NCBI GenBank assembly: GCA_049323895.1
Contig: JBMOKT010000008.1
Span: 250,243 to 314,242 of the forward strand
Length of the DNA stretch: 64,000 nt
Source: Bacillota bacterium
GTDB taxonomy: Bacteria > Bacillota > Peptococcia > Peptococcales > BICA1-8
Reading direction: 5' to 3'
In this document: one piece after another, positions 58,318-64,000 of the stretch
How positions within the stretch are numbered: the first letter of the stretch is position 1
How the letters are laid out: each line of letters starts with the position of its first letter
Position numbers and translations under genes: made by a program
The notes under the pieces: model-generated
Databases searched by the model: none
Seen by the model: the letters and a program-made list of their open reading frames with translations, nothing else
What the model was told of the DNA's origin: nothing

Positions 58318-58347
58318 TAGTATATCACTAGGCATAAAATTTATTTT

Positions 58348-61062
58348 TTAGCTGGTTTGCAGCCTGCCTGCAACGGCTCTATCTTTTCTAAAGAGTTTAA
58401 CTATCTCTGAAACAACAAAAGGTGTTAAAGCTAGTGCTAAGGCTATTAAGAAATCATTAACTGGAAGTAATTCAGTTTCAAAAATATCTCTTAAGAAAGG
58501 TACAAATATTACAGCCACTTGTAACGTTGCTGATATAAGAAATGCATAAATTAAGGCACGGTTACCAAAAATACCCCTTTGAAAAAGAGACTGATTTAAA
58601 CTTCTAACATTAAAAGAATGCACTAATTGGGAGAAAGCCATAGTTACAAAGGCCATTGTATGGGCTTGCTCTATTGTTCTGCCCCACTGTAAAGATAACC
58701 AATAAGCTACCAAGGAAATCAAACCAATGGTTGCTCCTAGAATTAAGATATCTTGACCCACTCCACCGGCAAATACAGTTTCTTTCGGATCCCTAGGCTT
58801 TTCCTTCATAACCCCTTTTTCAGGTGGCTCAAGTCCTAATGCTAAAGCAGGAGGTCCATCAGTTACCAGGTTCAGCCATAAAATTTGAATAGGTGTCAAT
58901 GGACTGCCCAAACCTAAGAGAATAGCAGTAAAAATAGCTACAATCTCACCGGTGTTACAGGATAATAAATATTGAATAGATTTTCGTATATTAGAGTAAA
59001 TAGTTCTGCCTTCTTCAACAGCATTAACAATTGTAGCAAAGTTATCATCTAAGAGAACCATGTCAGAGGCCTCTTTGGATACCTCTGTACCGGTTATACC
59101 CATTGCCGAACCAATATCGGCCCTCTTTAAAGCAGGTGCATCATTCACACCATCACCAGTCATTGCTACAATATGCCCATGGGCTTTTAATGCATCAACT
59201 ATTCGTAGCTTATGCTCTGGTGAAACCCTGGCATAAACTGATGTTTTTAATACATTGTCTTTTAATTCTAAGTCACTCATTTTTTCTAATTGCACACCGG
59301 TTAAAACACCATCACCCTTACGCCAAATGTCAAGTTCTCTAGCAATGGCCAATGCAGTGTCCTGGTGGTCACCTGTTATCATAACTGTCTTAATTCCAGC
59401 AGTACGGGCGATAGCAACAGCATCCTTAACTTCTTCCCTGGCTGGATCAATTATTGAATAAAATCCGATAAAAGTAAGGTCTGTTTCCACTGTATCAGAT
59501 TCCGGATTTTCTGGTGCGTCAGTCCATTTGCGGACAGCTAAGGCTAAAACCCTTTGCCCCTGGGAGGCAAGCTTGGAGTTTACATCCAAAAGTTTGACTC
59601 TTGTTTGTTCCGTTAGTTCTATTGAACCTTGTGGTGTCAACAATTCTTTACACCTTGCTATAAGAATATCAGGTGCACCCTTTGTAAAAGATACCACTTC
59701 ATCATTCATCTTATGGAAGGTGGTCATCATTTTACGTGCTGAATCAAAAGGTATCTCTCCTATCCTGGGATACTTCTTATCCAGTTCGCTCTTTTTCAAG
59801 CCTGCTTTTTCTGCCGCTACTACTAAAGCTCCTTCTGTTGGGTCACCAATAATTTTATATCGATTATCAGTAAAATCCAATTGAGCATCACTATTTAAAG
59901 CGCCGCCCTTCAACATAAATTCAATATTTTTATCTGCTGCAGGAGAGATTTGTTCCCCTTTTTCTTTAGTAAATTTACCTTGGGGTTCATAACCAACTCC
60001 AGAAATCTTTAACAATTCATCATTTACATATAATCCGGTGGTAGTCATCTCATTTTTAGTCAAAGTACCAGTCTTGTCAGAACAAATATATGTTGCTACT
60101 CCTAAAGTCTCAACAGCCGGTAATTTTCTAATAATTGCATTTCTGCGACTCATTCTTGTTACACCAAGGGCTAACACAATGGTAACTACGGAAGGCAGAC
60201 CTTCTGGTATGGCTGCAACAGCTAAAGCTATGGCAGTCATAAACATTTCTATCAGATCTTCTCCCCTTAGTACTCCCATTAGAAATGTTACAGCAACAAT
60301 ACCAATAGCTGCTATTCCTAAAATTTTACCTAATCTTGCTAGCTGCTTTTGTAGAGGGGTTGGTTCAGGAGGAGTTTCCTGTAACAGCTGGGCTATTCTG
60401 CCCAACTGAGTCTTCATCCCTGTTTCTACAATAAGAGCCTTACCACGGCCGGCAGTAACGGAAGTGCCTTTAAAGACCATGTTATTACGGTCACCTACGG
60501 GAACTTCCGGTTTATCTATAACCTTGAGATTTTTTTCCGAAGGTACCGATTCCCCTGTTAAAGCAGCCTCATTAACCCTTAAGGAAGCGGCCTCTATTAG
60601 TCTAGCATCAGCAGGAACAGAGTCTCCTGTATCTAAAAGCACTACATCACCAGGAACCAGTTTATCCAGCTCCAACTGATTAATCTTGCCATTTCTCATT
60701 ACCTTTACTGAAGCCTTGGTCATTTCCTTTAAGGCCTTTATGGCCTGTTCTGCCTTGTTTTCTTGATAAACTCCTAAGGCTGCATTTAATACAACTATTA
60801 TCATGATTACACTACTGTCTTCTATTCCTTTTACTATCCCTGAAATTATTGCAGCAACAATTAGGACTAAAACTAGGGGATCCTTCAATTGTTCAACAAA
60901 CATTGACAGTAAACTTTTCGGTGGGGCCTCTTCTAAAGCATTAGGTCCATAGGTGTTAATGCGATTTTCAGCTTCTTGTTGAGTTAAGCCCCTTTCTAAG
61001 TCAGTATTTAGTTCTTTAGCAGCTTGGGAAGCCTCTAATGAATACCACTTTTTTTCAGCCAC
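58348..61062 (-). CDS. P2-type (SERCA/PMR1-like) cation-transporting P-type ATPase, paralogue 2
   Basis: 904 aa, colinear with 5019..7736 and mostly identical by eye (same TGES, CSDKTGTLT, TGDGVNDAPAL, AIPEGLP). GTG start with AAAGGAGG SD. Confidence 0.9.
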   Translation of the reverse strand: MAEKKWYSLEASQAAKELNTDLERGLTQQEAENRINTYGPNALEEAPPKSLLSMFVEQLKDPLVLVLIVAAIISGIVKGIEDSSVIMIIVVLNAALGVYQENKAEQAIKALKEMTKASVKVMRNGKINQLELDKLVPGDVVLLDTGDSVPADARLIEAASLRVNEAALTGESVPSEKNLKVIDKPEVPVGDRNNMVFKGTSVTAGRGKALIVETGMKTQLGRIAQLLQETPPEPTPLQKQLARLGKILGIAAIGIVAVTFLMGVLRGEDLIEMFMTAIALAVAAIPEGLPSVVTIVLALGVTRMSRRNAIIRKLPAVETLGVATYICSDKTGTLTKNEMTTTGLYVNDELLKISGVGYEPQGKFTKEKGEQISPAADKNIEFMLKGGALNSDAQLDFTDNRYKIIGDPTEGALVVAAEKAGLKKSELDKKYPRIGEIPFDSARKMMTTFHKMNDEVVSFTKGAPDILIARCKELLTPQGSIELTEQTRVKLLDVNSKLASQGQRVLALAVRKWTDAPENPESDTVETDLTFIGFYSIIDPAREEVKDAVAIARTAGIKTVMITGDHQDTALAIARELDIWRKGDGVLTGVQLEKMSDLELKDNVLKTSVYARVSPEHKLRIVDALKAHGHIVAMTGDGVNDAPALKRADIGSAMGITGTEVSKEASDMVLLDDNFATIVNAVEEGRTIYSNIRKSIQYLLSCNTGEIVAIFTAILLGLGSPLTPIQILWLNLVTDGPPALALGLEPPEKGVMKEKPRDPKETVFAGGVGQDILILGATIGLISLVAYWLSLQWGRTIEQAHTMAFVTMAFSQLVHSFNVRSLNQSLFQRGIFGNRALIYAFLISATLQVAVIFVPFLRDIFETELLPVNDFLIALALALTPFVVSEIVKLFRKDRAVAGRLQTS

Positions 61063-61228
61063 TATTTAAAACCTCCTTTTTTATTTCTATTTATTATTAG
61101 ATAATTTGTAAATATGAATACAAAATGTTTGTCTTTTCACCTCCGGTTTTATTTATTTTCCAGGGACTATACTTCTATCTTTGATTAGTACAGACTATTA
61201 ATGGTATTAAGTTTGATAAAAATATAAA

Positions 61229-61420
61229 GGTCTTTACCGAAACCGGTAAAGACCACTATATAAAAAGACCTTTACCAATGGTAAAGGTCGAAATTTATTC
61301 AATAAAAGACCTTTACCAAATAAGTAAAGGTCTTGCAACAACGTATATACGTTGACAATAAGCCGGAGATAATTATATCACGAAATGTCGACTTTATTGC
61401 TAAGCTACTCCCCTTTAGGA
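61229..61420 (-). promoter_or_regulatory. yybP-ykoY (Mn2+) riboswitch followed by three tandem terminator hairpins
   Basis: Aptamer at comp. 61325-61420: AAAGGGGAGUAGC..AAAGUCGACA..CCGGCUUAUUGUCAACGU..UUGCAAGACCUUUAC. Three hairpins follow at comp. 61307-61333, 61267-61289 and 61229-61254. Each is GACCUUUACC-type and is followed by a U-run. Confidence 0.9.
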
Positions 61421-61487
61421 CGTATTAAATTGTATATCAAATATTAAGCCATTATGTGATGGAAGTCAAGCATTTTTTTTACCAAGT

Positions 61488-62348
61488 CTAATAACTAAGG
61501 CTGCGAAGTTTCTGAACCCTATCACCAATTGGTGGGTGGGTACTAAATAGCGAGAGCATTTTTTGTGCAGTAAAGGGATTAACTATAAATAGATGACTTG
61601 CAGCAGGGTTAACATTCATAGGCAATACTTTGGATGCCTGTTCAAGCTTTAATAAGGCATTTGCTAATCCTCTAGAATTACCTGCAATTTTAGCACCAGT
61701 TGTATCAGCCATATACTCCCTTGAACGTGATATAGCCATCTGTACTAACATGGCTGCAATTGGTCCTAGAATAATTAGCGGCAAGGCTGCCAGCCCGCCG
61801 GCACCTTCCCCCTCTTCATCACTGCCACCCATACCGCCAAACAATAATGCCCATTGAGCCCAGTTTGCTAAGGTTGTTATTACTCCTGCCATAACGGCAG
61901 CTAGTGTGCTGATTAGTGTATCCCTGTTTTTAATATGTGCCAGTTCGTGGGCTATAACACCTTCTAGTTCTTCATGGTCTAGTATTCTTAATAAACCTTC
62001 TGTAACTGCAACAGCAGCATTCTCCGGATTACGTCCAGTAGCAAATGCATTAGGTTGTTGTGATGGTGTTAAATATAATCTGGGCATAGGCATTTTAGCA
62101 TTTTCCGTTAACCTTTCCACCATCTTATATAAATAAGAATAATGATTCTTATCCAATGGTACAGATTTAGTCATGGAAATTGCTAATTTATCACTAAGCC
62201 AATAGGTTGAAAAATTCATTACTGCAGCAATAACCAGAGCTACTAACATTCCAGTTTTTCCACCCAAAGTTGAGCCTGCCATAATTACTAGAACAGTCAA
62301 AGTGCTCATAAAGATTAGTGTTTTTAACCTATTGTTAAAATTGTTCAA
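61488..62348 (-). CDS. htpX: HtpX-family M48 zinc metalloprotease
   Basis: 286 aa with TM helices and the HELAHIKNRD zinc motif. Confidence 0.9.
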   Translation of the reverse strand: MNNFNNRLKTLIFMSTLTVLVIMAGSTLGGKTGMLVALVIAAVMNFSTYWLSDKLAISMTKSVPLDKNHYSYLYKMVERLTENAKMPMPRLYLTPSQQPNAFATGRNPENAAVAVTEGLLRILDHEELEGVIAHELAHIKNRDTLISTLAAVMAGVITTLANWAQWALLFGGMGGSDEEGEGAGGLAALPLIILGPIAAMLVQMAISRSREYMADTTGAKIAGNSRGLANALLKLEQASKVLPMNVNPAASHLFIVNPFTAQKMLSLFSTHPPIGDRVQKLRSLSY

Positions 62349-62396
62349 TTAAAAATCAACCTCCATATAAAATTATATTTTTATGTGAATTTAGTT

Positions 62397-62822
62397 TTAG
62401 AGTATAAGAGGTGTTTCATTAAGAATCATTGTTAGGGTAGTCATAGTATTTAACAATCTACTAAGGACTGATTGGGATAGCATTTTTGCTTTCTCATCTT
62501 GTTCACAGTTTAATAAACAGTTTTGAAGCTCAATAATTTTCTTCTCAAGATCTTCAAGTTGTTTTTCTATACTCAAGGCAATTTCTAAAGTTTTATCCGT
62601 TTTGGTATTTTTCAATATGTCACAAATTTCAATTAATGAAAAACGTTGTTCCCTTAGCTTCTTTATAACTTCTAAAGTTTGAATTGTTTCTTCGGAATAT
62701 AGGCGATGATTTCCAGAAGTCCGTTCCGTTTCTTGAATTAAGCCCAGTTGAGTATAATAGTCTATTGTTCTTGAACTGACATCAGCTATAGATGCCAACT
62801 CCCCAATACGCAGGTATTTTAT
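62397..62822 (-). CDS. MerR-family transcriptional regulator (start codon uncertain)
   Basis: The HTH ..YLRIGELASIADVSSRTIDYYTQLGLI.. requires a start upstream of the ORF-track TTG at 62798. The in-frame upstream codons have no ATG, GTG or TTG before the stop at 62862-62864. ATA at 62820-62822 would give MKYLRIGELA. Coiled-coil C-terminus. Confidence 0.7.
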   Translation of the reverse strand: MKYLRIGELASIADVSSRTIDYYTQLGLIQETERTSGNHRLYSEETIQTLEVIKKLREQRFSLIEICDILKNTKTDKTLEIALSIEKQLEDLEKKIIELQNCLLNCEQDEKAKMLSQSVLSRLLNTMTTLTMILNETPLIL

Positions 62823-62865
62823 ATCTGTCCCAACGCAAACACTCCCTTTTAAATCAACTATTTAA

Positions 62866-62894
62866 AATATACAGTAGAACGTTACATTAGTCAA
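62866..62894 (-). promoter_or_regulatory. sigma-A-like promoter for merR-htpX
   Basis: Minus strand TTGACT (comp. 62889-62894), a 17-nt spacer containing GTAACGTTCTAC, TATATT (comp. 62866-62871). Confidence 0.45.
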
Positions 62895-63252
62895 AATTAG
62901 CAAGAGTGGAATATTAAGAGAATTAAATAGTTACAATTAGCTTTAAGGAAATGTATATGAAAATTGAATACTTTAGGATGTTTTCCTTTGATTTTAGTAC
63001 ATTATAAAAAAAGCAGCCTATAACTTGTCATTTACAGCCTGTAGGTCCATTGGTATAATAGTTTATAATAAAAAATTAAAAGGAGTATAATTCCTACTAT
63101 GGAAGATAGCATAGAACCTGATTTGTTACTAAAAAAAATGAAATTGATTTTTTGAAGTTAGCAGACAAATAACCCTTTAAACTTATTAATTTTATGGGGG
63201 CTTTTTGTCTTTTTTTATTTTTGTTTATTTACTAAGTGGAGGTTGAGAAAAA

Positions 63253-64000
63253 TTGTTTGTTGAATTACTTATACTATTTCTTCTTATTTTACTTAATGCT
63301 TTCTTTGCTGCTTCAGAAATTGCGTTAATCTCCCTAAATGATAATAAAATAAAAATGCTTGCTGAAGAAGGGGACAAAAAGGCCCAACTGATCAAAAACC
63401 TTTTAAAAGAGCCCAGCAGGTTTTTAGCAACCATTCAGATTGGTATAACCTTGGCTGGTTTTTTAGCTAGTGCTTTTGCATCAGAGAGCTTTGCAGACAG
63501 GCTGGTAGCTGTTATACAATCCAAGGGAATCCCTGTATCCCCAACATTAATCAAGCCTTTTGTGGTAATCATTATAACACTTATACTTGCATATTTTACC
63601 TTAGTTTTAGGAGAACTGGTACCTAAGCGGCTGGGAATGCAGAAGTCGGAGAATATTTCCAGATTTTCTGCTGCTCCCCTTACTTTTTTAGCCTGGATAA
63701 CAGCACCTTTTGTAAAATTATTAACATTTTCCACAAATTCTGTTATTAAGCTTTTAGGCAGTGATCCCCATGCCCATGAAGAAAATGTAACTGAAGAAGA
63801 AATACGCCTGATGATAGATGTTGGTGAAGAAAAAGGCACCATACAAGAAATTGAAAAGGAAATGATTAATAATATCTTTGACTTTGATGATAAAACTGCT
63901 TCGGATATTATGACCCACCGTACAGAAATAGTAGGTATTCCTATTGACCTTAGTTTAGAGGAAATAATTAAAGTCATAAGCGATGAAGAATTTACAAGGA
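63253..64000 (+). CDS. DUF21/CNNM plus CBS-domain membrane protein (TlyC/CorC 'hemolysin' family), 5' part; continues past the window end
   Basis: Not in the ORF track because it is open at the window edge. TTG start behind GGAGG. Translation: LFVELLILFLLILLNAFFAASEIALISLN..LATIQIGITLAG..GELVPKRLG..EEEIRLMIDVGEEKGTIQEIEKEMINNIFDFDDKTASDIMTHRTE. Confidence 0.85.
   Translation, partial: MFVELLILFLLILLNAFFAASEIALISLNDNKIKMLAEEGDKKAQLIKNLLKEPSRFLATIQIGITLAGFLASAFASESFADRLVAVIQSKGIPVSPTLIKPFVVIIITLILAYFTLVLGELVPKRLGMQKSENISRFSAAPLTFLAWITAPFVKLLTFSTNSVIKLLGSDPHAHEENVTEEEIRLMIDVGEEKGTIQEIEKEMINNIFDFDDKTASDIMTHRTEIVGIPIDLSLEEIIKVISDEEFTR

Noticed and set aside
58309-58320. AAGGGGAGTAG on the plus strand resembling the 5' end of a third yybP-ykoY aptamer
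   Set aside because: None of the other conserved aptamer blocks follow it. The sequence is the 3' arm of a long stem-loop, and it runs into the antisense of the ATPase gene.
63095-63155. 18-codon ORF MEDSIEPDLLLKKMKLIF behind AAAGGAG upstream of the DUF21-CBS gene
   Set aside because: It is too short and unremarkable to call without conservation or ribosome-profiling evidence.
63225-63977. ORF-track minus-strand ORFs 63435..63977 (180 aa) and 63225..63434 (69 aa)
   Set aside because: These are antisense shadows of a clearly recognisable plus-strand DUF21-CBS (CNNM/TlyC-family) gene starting at 63253. Their translations are low-complexity (S/I/K-rich) with no motifs.

Overview
This window is 64 kb of an AT-rich chromosome (about 40% GC by eye) from a Gram-positive anaerobe. 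The gene content looks Clostridia/Peptococcaceae-like: AddAB, an SLH-domain wall protein, a Tat-exported [NiFe] hydrogenase and a flavodiiron protein. Most genes are core or housekeeping and lie on the minus strand. In order they are:
- pyrB (partial) behind two tandem PyrR attenuators
- a HAD phosphatase, an M20 amidohydrolase and a TPP enzyme
- two paralogous P2-type cation ATPases, each behind its own yybP-ykoY (Mn2+) riboswitch
- a GH18-SLH wall protein
- MarR with an ABC-2 exporter
- GntR with a TAXI-TRAP transporter and a LarA-like protein
- a rhodanese
- a secreted FAD oxidoreductase with a DUF3048 lipoprotein
- QueT, Crp/Fnr, an initiator tRNA-Met and a hemolysin-III protein
- [NiFe] hydrogenase small and large subunits, the maturation protease and a Tat-signal dihaem C_GCAxxG_C_C protein
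- ferredoxin, FprA and a cupin
- a T-box leader with no downstream gene
- mcp-cheX-cheA-cheW
- addB-addA-sbcD-sbcC
- EcsC, RNase HI, HtpX with MerR, and a partial DUF21-CBS protein

I saw no CRISPR, rRNA, transposase, prophage or recognisable defence genes. The most unusual signal is non-coding. About twelve intergenic islands are built from a shared vocabulary of short tandem words (TGGCTAG, GTGACTG/A, GTGTGATAGTTTGAGA, CTCTTTCACT, CTGTAGCTACT, GGTAAAGGTAAGCT and others). The words recur in a similar order and in either orientation. The islands abut stop codons and split the addBA-sbcDC operon. Other points worth a second look are a 58-bp intragenic micro-inversion at the 5' end of a membrane-protein gene, the orphan T-box, three tandem terminators behind one Mn riboswitch, and a duplicated PyrR attenuator. 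All functional calls come from motif recognition by eye; no searches or computations were run. Two edge genes (pyrB and DUF21-CBS) are missing from the supplied ORF track.
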